From the NCBI GenBank assembly GCA_951406725.2, contig OX597833.1:25234001-25298000 (forward strand): a stretch of 64,000 bases of DNA, given 5' to 3'. The translations under genes were made by a program, and so were the position numbers. The stretch's first letter is position 1, and every line of letters begins with the position of its first letter. The stretch is from Octopus vulgaris. Lineage: Eukaryota. The notes under the pieces were generated by a model. That model was not told the origin of the DNA, searched no databases, and saw nothing but the letters and a program-made list of their open reading frames with translations. Below, piece by piece: positions 28,359-42,323 of this stretch.

Positions 28359-28477
28359 TATATATTGATAAATATAATATTTATATAAATATAATATTGA
28401 TAAATATAATATTTGTATAAAAGATATCGCTATATATCATATAGAAATAGACGACACAAACAGAAAGGCAGACAGAC

Positions 28478-28595
<118 letters not shown>

Positions 28596-28609
28596 ATTGA
28601 TAGATAGAC

Positions 28610-28700
<91 letters not shown>

Positions 28701-28911
28701 CTTTCTTTCGTAAGATTCTTGAAGTGAAACCCTGTGCTGCCAAAGTTATTGTTGCATTTCGGGAAGGTCATTCTGTCAATAAAATCAAATGTTATAATTC
28801 ATTTCTTTATTAATTGATTGATTTATCAGACTTTCATTGCACGTCTAGTTGTCCACTAACTTATCCTAACTTCTCTCTTATCTGACTGTCTACGTTTATG
28901 TATTTCAAAAG

Positions 28912-28974
28912 GTACTGATGAAGGTGGCGGCGGCGGTGGTGACAGCTTTGAGGATAGTGAACAAATGCGTACAA
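28912..28974 (+). CDS. Candidate 63-nt internal coding exon (phase 1-1), peptide (G)TDEGGGGGGDSFEDSEQMRT; host gene not identified
   Basis: Branch-like CCTAAC/CTGAC upstream, acceptor TTTATGTATTTCAAAAG, donor A|GTATGT, frame-preserving open reading, GC-rich relative to flanks. Confidence 0.55.
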
Positions 28975-29444
28975 GTATGTGTATGCATTTGTATACATTT
29001 ATGATTTCAGTACCGCAAACATCACAGTGGAAAAACACCACAACCTACTTATTACAAAACTCTGACTTTTCTACTTCTTGACCAATTAATCATAAATACC
29101 TTCCGAAACTATCAATTTATTATTGTTTCCTTTCATGACAACACTACTCGCCAATATTACATTGTTTTCATTGAAATTTTCTTTAAGTTAGAATACCACC
29201 AACTCCCTACATTTAAGGAACTGTAAGAGTAACTCCTGCTTCTCACAGGAATGGAAAATCATTTTCCAAGTATATTTGGTCCTCGAAAGAAAAGGTCTAC
29301 CACCTGTAAAACATTCTTGTCAATATTCAGGTTTGCTTCAACAAGCACACAAAGTATTCCCCGAAAAAGGAACAAAAGAAAAAATGTAATGTTGGCTCTG
29401 GAAATATCTCAGGCTTCTTCCATTTTATCGTTTATCTTTTTTTT

Positions 29445-29855
29445 ATGTTTTACATGTTTCAGTTATTGGATAGTGGCCATGCTGGGGCACACATTTGAAG
29501 TACTTTAGTAAACAAATCGACTCCCTTTACGTACATTTTAAGTTTGATTCTTAAATACCGGCTCCTTTATAAACTACTAAGTTACAGGGATGTAAACAGA
29601 CTAACACTAGTCATCAAAGGGTGGCTGAGGTCAGTAAAAGCACACAGACACACGTACACACACATTCATGCATATATGTATGTATATATATGAACTTGTG
29701 AGATATTTCAACTTCTAATGAAAAATCACTGCAGTTACCATGGAAAAAAATACTCTCTTTACGTAAATTTCTTAAGGTAAAAGATAGAATATGACACAAA
29801 CATATTTTAACTAAGCTAAACACCGTTTAGTTACCCTGGCTTCCAGCTAATGCTG

Positions 29856-29916
<61 letters not shown>

Positions 29917-29987
29917 CTCTGTCTCTCTGTTTGTATGTGTGTAACTGTGCGTGTATGTATGTATGTATGTATGTATGTATGTATGTA

Positions 29988-30021
<34 letters not shown>

Positions 30022-30195
30022 CATATATACACACGACAAGATTCTTTCATATTCCGTGAACTAAATCCACTCACAAGGCTTTAATTGGCTTGTGAATATA
30101 GTAGAATGCGGTTGCCTTGGTGTCTGCGTCGTGGGACCAAACAGCCCACACCATGTGGTTAGGAAACAATTTTTTCCAGCACATAAGTACGAGGC
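29445..30195 (-). mobile_element. Old family A SINE; 3' half 29445-29655 and 5' half 30030-30195 separated by an expanded microsatellite
   Basis: Both parts align with the family A consensus on the minus strand in the right order. Confidence 0.55.
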
Positions 30196-30458
30196 TTAAT
30201 AAAAATAATTATTGCTGTCGATTCGTTTGATTAAATTTCTCTAAGGCGGCATCTGAGCATGCCGCAGTCTAAACGATGAAGCAAGTAGAAAATAGAAGAT
30301 AAATATCTACTGTCATACTACGAGATTTGTGTTTTGAAATTTTATAACATGAAATATATTTATAAGATAATATATACATACTACATACATACATACATAC
30401 ATACATACACACACAAACACACACACACATATATATGTATATATATACATATATATAT

Positions 30459-30780
30459 AGTGGAGTGGTTGTGTGGTAAGTAGCTTGCTTACCAACCACA
30501 TGGTTCCGGGTTCGGACCCACTGCGTGGCACCTTAGGCAAGTGTCTTCTACTATAGCCTCGGACCGACCAAAGCCTTGTGAGTGGATTTTGTAGACGGAA
30601 ACTGAAGGTAGCCCGTCGTATATATGTATATATATGTCTATGTATATGCTTGTGTGTCGGTGTTTGGTCCACCCCAACATCGCTTGTCAATCGATGGTGG
30701 TGTGTTTACGTCCCCGTAACTTAGCGGTTCGGCAAAAGAGACCGATAGAATAAGTACTAGGCCTACAAAGAATAAGTCCC
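30459..30780 (+). mobile_element. Young family A SINE, 3'-truncated
   Basis: GGAGTGGTTGTGTGGTAAGTAGCTTGC..GGGTTCGGACCC..GAGACCGATAGAATAAGTACTAGG; breaks at AAGAATAAGTCC. Confidence 0.85.
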
Positions 30781-30789
30781 ACCCCAACA

Positions 30790-30851
30790 AGTCAATTTTC
30801 TCCTCATGAATGATATATAGTTCTTTATATCTTCTGAAACAATAATATCTT

Positions 30852-30929
<78 letters not shown>

Positions 30930-31211
30930 GCGAATAAATAGAGTATTGTATAAGATGTAAAGTAAATATCTTTATTGTTGCATAATTTTAGAGCTTCACA
31001 CATTATAAATTTCTAAAAATTCTCCTACGATTTGATTGCTTTGCATTACTCTATGATTTATACACGGATATATTTTGATTCGTCCATTATATCATAACGT
31101 ATTTCTGTATAGAAAACATTTTTACCGTACTAGTGCAAAACGAGTCAATTTTCTCCTCATGAATGATATATAGTTCTTTATATCTTCTGAAACAATAATA
31201 TCTTTCTCATA
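30790..31211. repeat. Identical direct duplication of about 69 bp (30790-30858 and 31143-31211)
   Basis: AGTCAATTTTCTCCTCATGAATGATATATAG...TCTTTCTCATAT occurs twice. Confidence 0.9.
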
Positions 31212-31397
31212 TTTCCCATTAACCAACCAGTGTTCGTTACTTTATTTCAAAGCATTCAAAATAAAATTTTAAATATTAAATTGTATATTCCGTTTTTTCA
31301 CAATCTCTTGAAGATTAGCACCGATAAATTCGGAGTGACAATTTGTAAAGATTCAGCTTCCAATAATATCATAGACAAACACGCACACACCCACATG

Positions 31398-31441
<44 letters not shown>

Positions 31442-31599
31442 TATATGTATATGTATATATATGCATACATATATATATATGTGTGTGTATTTATACATAT
31501 ATATATATGTGTGTATGTATACATATATGCATGTGCATATATATATATATATACATATATACATATATATATAAATACACACACATATATATATATGTA

Positions 31600-31642
<43 letters not shown>

Positions 31643-31851
31643 ATGTATACATATGTATATCTGTATAAAAGATGCGAATATACATATTAGAAGACGCTTC
31701 TTATAATTATGGCTAATGTTATCAAGCAGTTATTATTACCAAAATGTTTCAACCAACAGTGATCACAGTAACCGATTTGTACTAAGCACACAGATACACG
31801 TAATTACACACACACATATACACATATATATAAATATACATATACATATAC

Positions 31852-31934
<83 letters not shown>

Positions 31935-32314
31935 AGCGTGAGTATGTATGTGTATAATCAATATACTGTAGCCATTATCGATCTCTTTTACAAAACTCAA
32001 TTCTCGAACTATCTTTATCGATCAATTAATATCGATTTGTTTGATAGACTACAGCATAACGTGATAAATATAAAAATAAAAGAAAAAAATAACATCACAC
32101 AGAAGCGGCAAATTTTTGTTGTTTTTCATAAACAACAGTATTTTCTTTGTTTTGTTTGTTATTTTTTGTTCGTTTTGTGTCATTACCAATGCAGTGGATT
32201 GCAGAATTGGTTGAACGCTTGTCTTGCATTATTTTACTACGTCTTTTGATCTTGGTGATGGTGTCTAACCTGACGTACCCCTGATCCAGTAGACATATTT
32301 TTTCATCTTTTTTC

Positions 32315-32635
32315 TTTTTACTTGTATCAGTCATTTGACTACGGTCATGCTGGGGCACCTGTTGGAATGGTTTACGCTAGCAAACCATCTCCGATACTTA
32401 TTTTTAAATCTGGTTCTTAGTATGTTGCTTTCCATTGCTGAACTACTAAGTTATGGGAGACATACGCAAGCCAACACCGTTTAACGGTGTATGGAAACAA
32501 ACACACACACACACACACCTTCATGCTGTTTCTCTCTAACAGATTCACTCACAAGACACAGGTCTATCTGACGCAATGGTAGAAGATACGTTAACAAGTT
32601 ACCGTGGTATAGGACTGAACCTAAAACCACGTGCT
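32315..32635 (-). mobile_element. Old family A SINE
   Basis: Tail CAGTCATTTGACTACGGTCATGCTGGGGCACC and head remnant GGACTGAACC. Confidence 0.65.
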
Positions 32636-33396
32636 TTCTAAGTCATACCTGGGCTTGAGTAGCGTGGTTTCAACCGTGTCTCTCACAGCTTGTTTCAGTT
32701 GTAGTGTACATTGGACTAATTTTTTTCAACGTAAGTTCACTGAATAAATTTCAATAGTCAGCAATTAAAGTGTTTTGTTTTATTTCCCCGATATAGTATA
32801 TACATAATTCCATTTCCCAGAGTTCTCTTTCTTTTTATTTCGTCCCCAGTTAACTCTAATACAACAGGCGTCATAAATGGTGTAAGATCAAATTTTTGTT
32901 ATTGGTTCTTTTTTAAATTAATAGTGGGTCTAATTTCAGGAAAATTTTACTGCCATTTCTAGCAGGTCGAATGAACACTTATAAACTCTTATTTTGGAAT
33001 ATCATGGTGGCATTCTAGTTATTGTTACCATTGTGTCATTTATTATGCTCAGATAATGAGAGGAAGTATAAACATGGGCTCCACCAATACCGCACATGTT
33101 TTCACCCGAACATTGTATATCTAATACTCTACTTCAGACGACAAACGCATTACAATACGTTTCTTGAGTGGGAATCAAGGTTGGGAGTTGATAAGGACAT
33201 AGTGCTGAGTTGCAGTGATTTTCTAACGTAACGGTATCTGCAGTAGTTTTGAGTCCTATACTCGTTGGAGATCGTATGTAATCCCATTCTATCTCATAAT
33301 TCGCATGGAACTACTGATATAAAAAGAGTTTAGCAATATAATATTTTTTTCGGAACAGTTCAACTTTATTGCTAAAACAAACTACCATTACAGAAA

Positions 33397-33822
33397 GGCG
33401 GCGAGCTGGCAGAAACGTTAGCACGCCGGGTGAAATGATTAGCGGCATTTCGTCTGAGTTCAATTACAACTCTGAGTTCAAATTCCGCCGAAGTCGACTT
33501 TGCCTTTCATCATTTCGCGATGAAAGTACCAGTGATGCACTGGAGTCGATATAATCGACTTATTCCGTTTGTCTGTCCTTGTTTGTCCTCTCTGTGTGTA
33601 GCCCCTTGTGGGTAGTAAAGAAATAGGTATTTCGTCTGCCGTTACGTTCTGAGTTCAAATTCCGCCGAGGTCAACTTTGCCTTTCATCCTTTCGCGGTCG
33701 ATAAATTAAGTACCAGTTACGCACTGGGGCCGATGTAATCGACTTAATCCGTTTGTCTGTCCTTGTTTGTCCTCTCTGTGTTTAGTCCCTTGTAAGTAGT
33801 AAAGAAATAGGCATTTCGTCTG
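33397..33822 (+). mobile_element. Meta-domain tRNA SINE (family C) with tandemly repeated body
   Basis: Head GGCGGCGAGCTGGCAGAAACGTTAG; Meta-like GTCGACTTTGCCTTTCATCCTTTC..GATAAA..AGTACCAG; body repeated at about 33445-33626 and 33627-33811. Confidence 0.8.
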
Positions 33823-34994
33823 TTTTAATTTTGTGCCTAGAGTAGAAAAGAAACTACCACACAGGCATACAGAATGAATGAAAGAAAGACAAAATGCCTT
33901 TTGGTCCTTAATTACAACTTTTTGCATTCCTAGTTGAAATCCAGCCAAGATTGAGGTTGAGACATATGTAAAGATTCTTGGATAATGAGCAGGTTTCATT
34001 TATTTGTCTGAAAAGTTTTCTTTCAGATCATGTCTTTGACAGAATTTCAGCCCTGGAGCGAGTATATAGCCTACATTACATGCTTGACATATGGAATGTT
34101 GTCAAGCTCTCACAATTCTCTGGTCGCATGATACGATGGTTAATATGTCAAAACATGTACAGTGTAAGCGATTGTAAGAGGGGCATTCGACGAAGGTCAA
34201 TGTAACGGCCTACTGCAGAGAACTTTTAACCAGGGACTATTGACAGCTTTCAGAAATCCTTAATGCGGTAGTGCTACCGTTTCATAATATTACTTCGGGA
34301 TTAACTATACAGGCATGCAAGTGCCATCACCAGTGTCTGTGTCAGAAGCATACCGAGTGACCACAAGATTCTGAATGAATACGTTCGGTGCTTAAACCTT
34401 GCTAAATCATGGAGTTGTGACAAGCGCTTATTGTGTTTAAGACAAGTGGCCATGGTCATCTTGCCATATTCCTGTAGCAATAAAGGACAGCCAGTATCTT
34501 CTACAGAGAACACTGCTAGACGGTCAACAAAGTTGAAAATATAAATGAGAAGTAACTAATATGTCTTCACCTTCAACTTCCATTTACAAAGGTGAACATC
34601 AAGAGGAAGAAACTGTATTCAAGAGAAGTGACTGAAAGAGAGGAGACAGTGGCAAGAATGGCCTTACTTTTAGCATAGTCTTGTAGACAGGAGAACACAG
34701 TTAAGATAAAGCTTTTCCCTTTGGTAGTCTAGGTAATTAGCGATAGCTGGGTCCCTGATTTATTCTTGAAAGGTGTCCACCTTAGGGCTTTCAGCTTTCA
34801 TACACTCCATTATAATTTGAAGTTATATGTTCATCAGCTGCCATACTTGCATTAAATTAAGGAAGGACCATCATTATCACGCTACTTTGTTTCGTTCTTC
34901 GATTGTTTGTTTATTTGTCTGTCTGTCTGTTTGTTTGTTCATTTCTGTCTTTCATTTTTCTATTTTTCCTTTTTCTGCTTCTATCTATCTTCCT

Positions 34995-35235
34995 TTTTTC
35001 TGCTTCTCTTCTTCTTCTTCTTCTTCTTCTTCTTCTTCTTCTTCTTCTTCTTCTTCTTCTTCTTCTTCTTCTTCTTCTTCTTCTTCTTCTTCTTCTTCTC
35101 CCCCTCCTCCTCCCCTCCTCCTACCTTTCTTCTTCACCTCCTTTTCTTTTTTCTGGTTGTTTTACTGTATTGTTGTTTTTGTAGTTATTGTTGTTGTTGT
35201 TGCTGTTGTTATTATTATTATCATTATCATTATTA

Positions 35236-35270
<35 letters not shown>

Positions 35271-35274
35271 GTTG

Positions 35275-35350
<76 letters not shown>

Positions 35351-35365
35351 CATTATTATTATGTT
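34995..35365. repeat. (CTT)n and (TTA/GTT)n microsatellites
   Basis: Direct reading. Confidence 0.95.
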
Positions 35366-35595
35366 TGTGCACTGCTAGACAAAAGCGAAATATCTATATA
35401 TTGTTCAAGCTTGGATGGAAACCATTTTTGAAGCGGTGCCAAGTAAATCTTAACAAATTCTGTAGAATACCCTGGTTGTTACGTGCTTGTTTGTATATGA
35501 ATATATATATATGTGTATGTGTGCTTGTGAGAGTGTTGTGTAAGAACCGTATTTATTCATTATTATTATGTGTGTAAATCAGAACACAATCGCAG

Positions 35596-35671
<76 letters not shown>

Positions 35672-35816
35672 CTTCTTTCTCTCTCTGTCTCTCTTAGTAT
35701 ACACACAGAGAGATATATGTGTGTGCGTACACGCCTGCGTATGTCTATGTATTTCAGAATATCATATGATATATATGAATAAATGCACTCATACACGCGC
35801 GCACGCACAAACATAC

Positions 35817-35917
<101 letters not shown>

Positions 35918-35928
35918 TATATACATAC

Positions 35929-36009
<81 letters not shown>

Positions 36010-36847
36010 TATACATATATGTGTGTGTGTGTGTGTAACAGCATCTATACATGTGAGTATGTGTGTGTGGTTTGGATGGCAACCATTTTTGGAACGGTAC
36101 CAAGTAAGTCTTCATTGCAACTTTAAAAGGTCATTAGGGAAAAAATAATGTACGCAACTCATAGCAATTCCAGTTCTAACATTGGTTATTCTCATGAGAA
36201 AAGAAAGCTATAAGTTCATTAGGTAATACTTCTTCGATTAAAAGAATTAACCAATGTTATTTCTTCGTTCTTCACAATTTTATTAGCTTGTTTTGCTTGT
36301 TTATTTGTTTATTTACCTATTTGCTTTGTTCTTCTTGTTTGTTTTTTAAATTGTTATTAAGATGTAAACTTATATTGAACTCTTAGAGAAACTTGGCAAC
36401 AAGTCGTATTCAGCCATTAATAGTGATCTTTTTCGAATCAGAAGTCATGGAGAAAAAGATGTATTAACGAATTTAACGCGAATACCAATAGCGAAAACAA
36501 TTACAACAAGAAATACAACAATTGCTACAGCAACAGCAACAACGATAAACAAAGAAAATTTGCAATAAATACAATGATTTCAAGAAAAGCAACAATAACT
36601 AAATAAAGAAGTAATCGATCTTCATTATATGACTTTAACGTCAGGCACTTATTTATTGGAAATTAATACGCAGTTTCAGAGTTACCACTCGTCTGAGCTA
36701 GTTGCCTGACTAGCTGCCACAATACCAAAGAATCAGTCATTCGTTCGAGAATGGTCGCAGTACAATGAGATTCATTCAAAGAAATATAAAACTTGCTGAC
36801 TGAATCCATTCGAGTATAAAAGATGCTGATGTCTTGACAAAGCCGAT

Positions 36848-36968
36848 ACAGTAATCACTCACCATAAAGCGGTTCCCCTATCATCAGTACATCGTGGATT
36901 TTTCTGGCTAATATATGTAAATTTATATCGCGGACTCTTCAGTATATCGCGGGTTTCTGCAGCCGATA

Positions 36969-36970
<2 letters not shown>
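36848..36970 (+). mobile_element. Possible Tigger/pogo-type MITE left end
   Basis: TA|CAGTAATCACTC..AAAGCGGTTC..TATATCGCGG; no matching right TIR found. Confidence 0.3.
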
Positions 36971-37012
<42 letters not shown>

Positions 37013-38466
37013 TTAGATTTTAATTATTTATGTGGTAAAATAAGCATTTTCACGTATACAATACAATACTACATTGTACAAAACATTAATTAAAATATAT
37101 TAAAGGAAAATACGTAGTGTATTGTAGATGAGCAAACAAACAATTGCACACACTGTATGGAAAACGAAACTCGGGAGACTAGTGTATGGAGTAAAATTGT
37201 GAATTTATTTCAGGGTTTTGTGCCTCCTCGTAAAATAGCATAATATTCTCTTGTTAGGAAACTTACCCACTGCTCAGCTGATTTTTTGTTGTTGTCTTTC
37301 ACCACAGAAAAAGTGATAGCATCTACACTGCTAAGAAAAGTCTTACGGAATGTTATCTTAAAATCATCATCAGCACCGACTTAAGAGTCATTTGCTTGTT
37401 TTTAGTTAGATGTTCCATTATCCCTGACTACGAGCAGGCATGGCACTTATATGACGCTAAATGAATAGATTGTATACATAATTATAGACACCGTGTGCAT
37501 AAAATATCGCAAAAGACTTAGAAAGATAACATCAAGATTACCGAATCTTTTTTTTTCCGACAGAGACATATTTAATCGCATTGCAGTGCACTTAAATGAC
37601 GCATTGAAAAGAAGTTTCAAAGAAACACTAATATTTTTGGAACACTTTCCACAAGGAAAAGATACATCATCTGGTTATCACCCACATATAACAAAAGCGT
37701 AACATGAAACATAGCTATAAATTTCCTGTCAAAGATAAAAGCTTTTCTTTACTAGTCGTAAATAAAAACACCAAAATCACCTCAATAATAATAATGTAAA
37801 TGTCAGCTATGCCTGTTTGAAAACATCGCAGGCCAAATATTTTACTATAACAAATGTCTTAGAAATAGCAATATTCTGAAATAATTTACCAGAATTCAAT
37901 TCCAGCAATACCATATTCTTTCCATTTAGTGGTTAATGTCTCTTAAACATATCTGGGCACTCATCTGAAATAGGATCAACAAATAGTAAGGTGCAGAATG
38001 GTATAGTTTTGTATATAACATTGAAAATCGTAAATACATAGCATACTCTCTCTTTCGAGTACAGCGATGAAATAGATTCTATCATTCAGTTTGAATGTCT
38101 TGAAACTGCAAATCATTGCAGTTTACAGCCAGCCTCAAAACAGATCATTGTAAAAATTGCATCTACATATTCCATTAGTAATGTAATTTATGCTTGGCGG
38201 AGAAAGATAACATTTATTAGATGATTCATAAAATAAACAGCACAGTGGAGTGTTGTACATGTTCAGGCATATGAATAAATTAATAATTAAAATAACATTA
38301 ACAATAGCAATTACGTATACACACAGCCAGTCATAAAAAAGCAAGTCTTGTGAGTGGTCTTCGTAGACGGAAACTGAAAGAAGCCGTGGTCGCAGCTCTT
38401 TTTAAATGGCGGTGCCCCAGCATGGCCACAGCTCGTGAGCTGAAACTAGAATCAATCAATCAATCA

Positions 38467-38498
<32 letters not shown>

Positions 38499-38499
38499 A

Positions 38500-39378
38500 C
38501 GAGGAGGTACTCGACAGTAACCGGAAACAACCTCTATGTTTCAAGCCCGTTGTAGTCCGGGCTTCTGCCGCTATTGGCCACAGGTGTCAATATGTTGATT
38601 GACATTGTTGAATGTAATCTTACTGCCACGTTTTGCATCTTTGCTTTGTAGTGCTTTTCCTCTGTTCCTCGATTTTCGCATGGTTGAAACGCAAGAACAG
38701 CGTGTTTCAGTGAAATTCTGTTTTCTGCTGGGAAAACAGCGGCCTAAACGGTTGTCATGCATCTAACAGGTTACAAGGATGAGCAAAACACAAGTTTACG
38801 AGTGGTTTTTCAAGCTTTAGGAATGGTCACTTGTGTCTTGAAGACCAAGCTCGTTCAATGCGTCCGTCGACCTCCCGAAAGAATGAAAAACATCACGAGA
38901 ATTCGCGAACTGATTATAGAGGACAATAACCGAACAATTGACGAACTTGTTGATATGACTGTTGTGTCCGGAGTTCCAGTCAACGAATTTTGAGTGAGGA
39001 ATTGCAAATGAAAAGAGCTGAAGCAAAATTTCTGCCTCACTTACTCACGGAAAATCAAAAGAAGTCACGAGTGTATGCGTGTGGTGGACTGCAAGAACAG
39101 TTGGAAAGTGATCCGAACCGCTTTTCGGTCATGACTGGTGACGAAAGCTGGTGCTACGGAATTTGCAGATGTGGATGAGACGAATTAAAAAACGACGTAG
39201 GTGTTAAAACGCATCACTTTGCAAGAGTTCCAGCACTTTCGAACAATGGAAAACGTATCTGGACCGATACTTTTTTTTCAAAAGGAGAATACTTTGAAGG
39301 CGATAAAGGAGTAAGCATGTAAATCTAAGTGAATGAAATAATACTGTAAAATTCGAGTTTGTTTTGGGTACCCCCTCG
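38500..39378 (+). mobile_element. Internally deleted mariner transposon
   Basis: TA TSDs; imperfect TIRs CGAGGAGGTACTCGA / reverse complement CGAGGGGGTACCCAA; transposase remnants MVETQEQRVSVKFCFLLGK, KTQVYEWF, KFLPHLLTENQK, MTGDESWCYG. Confidence 0.88.
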
Positions 39379-39424
39379 TATACATACATACATACATACA
39401 TACATACATACATACATACATACA

Positions 39425-39456
<32 letters not shown>

Positions 39457-39499
39457 CGTATGTCTGTGCGCGCGCGCGTGCGTATGAATGCATACTAAA

Positions 39500-39712
39500 T
39501 AAAGGTCTGTGTCTGTTTTCATTCCCCGCCAACGCTCGACAATCAATGTTGGTTAGTTTACTCCCCGTAACTTAGCGATTCAGCAAGAGACCGATGGAAT
39601 AAGTACCAAGTCCCAAAATTAAAAAAAATATATATATTAGGTTGGAGTAAAATCTATTCGTGGCGGTACCCCAGCATGGCCGCACTCTAATGACTGAAAG
39701 AAGTAAGAGATA
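39500..39712 (+). mobile_element. Family A SINE 3' half (5' part at about 38345-38386)
   Basis: CCCCGTAACTTAGCGATTCAGCAAGAGACCGATGGAATAAGTACC..GGCGGTACCCCAGCATGGCCGCA. Confidence 0.7.
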
Positions 39713-41136
39713 AAATGTAATCTACAATATAGTACCAGGACGATAGTACTCTCCCATTACTTAAAGCCTATTCATTATATTTGAGTTGCATATTTTCTAT
39801 TTGACCACGATACTTCGCAATGGACCAACCCCAGCAGCCTATTGAGTAGATATGTCCTTTTCATGCGTAAAAATTAAAAGACCAATGTATAGAGAAGAAG
39901 CCCTATTTTCATCTATGAAGGTTTGTCCTAATTCCATATTCTAAATATGTGTATGTTATCGAACTTGAGCAACGAGAATGAATAATGCAACGGACATTAA
40001 GTTACGTCCCTAGACCATTAAACAAATTCATCCATTAATTTACTTGGCATCCGGACAAACCAAACGCACACAGTGAAAAACTCAAATAAATGATGGAGCC
40101 AATCATCAGCTCCGGACGAATAAATAAACACAGCTATATATTAGTTATTTGTATTCTATCCATCCACACATACACACATATTCGCGCGCAAACTTACTCA
40201 TACAAGCATACATATGCCCACCAACTACACACCTGTTCAGATTCAGTCTGCTGTATATATCTTAACTCATAAATCCTCTTTCATACAAAATTAAATACAA
40301 TTCCTCACAAATATTAATATTTCTTGCTTTTAAATTTTTTTCCATTTTCAAAGAAGCAGCGTTTTATTTTTCTGTGTATGATTTTTTAAGATTATTCTTG
40401 AAATATTTTGAGATAAGTTTCAAAATAGCTTTATGAAGAGATTATGTTACGTTGCCAATATTTTCTTTAGGTGGTTCGATTTTCTGTTTATTTACCTTTA
40501 TTTGATTTTTTGTGCGTATGTAATTGTATGTAAATGTATCTGAAAGTTCTTTTGTGCGCGTATTTTTTGGATGTGTTTTTGTGCGTAAACCATTATAAGG
40601 ATACATTTCTTCCTTAAATGACGAAGTTATATGAAACCTTTTACTTTCATGAAAATGTATGATTTATGTATAAATATAAATATTAAGATTAAGTGTGCAT
40701 ATGTGTGTGTGTTTGCGTTGATCAGCAGAACGTTACAAATTGCTTTGAAGGTTGCGAGTATCGTGCCTATCACTCATTATATATTTATACACACACACAC
40801 ACACACACAGACACACACACACACACACAAACACATACATGCATATATGTGTGTATATATATATACATGTATATATGAAACAAGGACTTTCCAGGCACAC
40901 ACGAAGCAGATCTTAGAATCCGCACCAATTTACGAGCAGGAAATTCAAATTCCTGTTGCCGCCAGACTAATATATCGGTACGTTGCACGTGCGATATTTA
41001 TAAACTTGTATCCTTTATACTCACCTATAGAGATTAACATTTCTCTTCCTGATTTAATAACATTCAATATTTGTTTAATTCAGAGAATCTCATTGGTCTT
41101 GAAACGAAAGGTTAGGAAAAATCGAAGTTGTACCTA

Positions 41137-41290
<154 letters not shown>

Positions 41291-42089
41291 ATCGGCATGT
41301 TTATTTGATGATTCAAGCCTAAGTTGTACAAAATTTCATACAAAGCACTGCTTCTCTAAAAGAGTTATTGATGGAGAGAGTAAACCCTGGCTATGATGGA
41401 GATTGAAATTTACTTTCAAGAGTAGATTGGACCAATTTCTTGTCCCTTTACAGCTAATGTTATCGTTCGTCTTGATTACACATTAGATTCTAGTTCAGCC
41501 ATGTCTTAGTGCAACGTTATAATAAAAGGGGCATTGTTGAATATATCCCTGTCTTCTACTTGCACCCTCTAACATGTTCCTGATTGTAGCTGGATGCCGA
41601 GTAAAGTTGTTATGTATGTATATGATTCTTCTCATTTAGCTTTCACTTGTAAGGATGCATATTTACCTGTATTTTGTTTTACTCGGCCTCATCAGATAAC
41701 TATTTTAGGTTTGTCTCCCCAGCGGCAAATCGTATACCTTAAAATTTCTTTAGCAGGTATTTTTTTAAAACTCTATTCAAGAGTAGCAGCGAATTGTTAA
41801 ACAATTATCTCTGTGAGCAGTCTTTGGTTGAAGGAGTCAAAGAAGAAATGCGTCACGCCTACCGATATTTCCCCATAGATTCATTGAATATGTAACACTG
41901 TTTTTTTTTACCCATTAGGATTCAGTACAATATTATACGGATTATGTTTATTATAATCCTTGTTATGAGATCACCAAGAACAGCGAATGTTTTCCTCTAA
42001 ACCAAGACTTCATAAACATATATTTAGATATAGCTGGTACGAGAAATTATTATTTCAAATTGGATGAATCAGCAGAAAGGATTCTTTTC

Positions 42090-42323
42090 TTATTTCTTTA
42101 CTGCCCGTAAGGGGCAACACGCAGAGGTGATAAACAAGGACAGACAAACGGATTAAGCCAATTATATCGACCCCAATGCGCATCTGGTACTTATTTAATC
42201 GACCCCGAAAGGATGAAAGGCAAAGTCGACCTCGGCGGAATTTAAACTCAGAACGTAGCGGCAGACGAAATAACGCTAAGCATTTCGCCCGGCGTGCTAA
42301 CGTTTCTGCCAGCTCGCCGCCTT
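42090..42323 (-). mobile_element. Family C Meta-domain SINE, full length
   Basis: Reverse complement of the 33397 element; 17-bp direct repeat AGAAAGGATTCTTTTCT at 42074-42090 and 42375-42391. Confidence 0.88.

Noticed and set aside
34311-34545. Open frame after a TACAG acceptor-like site
   Set aside because: No recognisable protein similarity or supporting donor/polyA context
41040-41125. TTCCTGAT...GAAACGAAAGGTTAGGAA hammerhead-like relic
   Set aside because: Core is CTGATTT with no stem II; too degenerate to call
41670-41700. Minus-strand CTGATGAGGCC hammerhead-like start
   Set aside because: No correctly placed GAAA or stems I and III; the isolated CTGATGA at about 55447 and 56430 fail likewise
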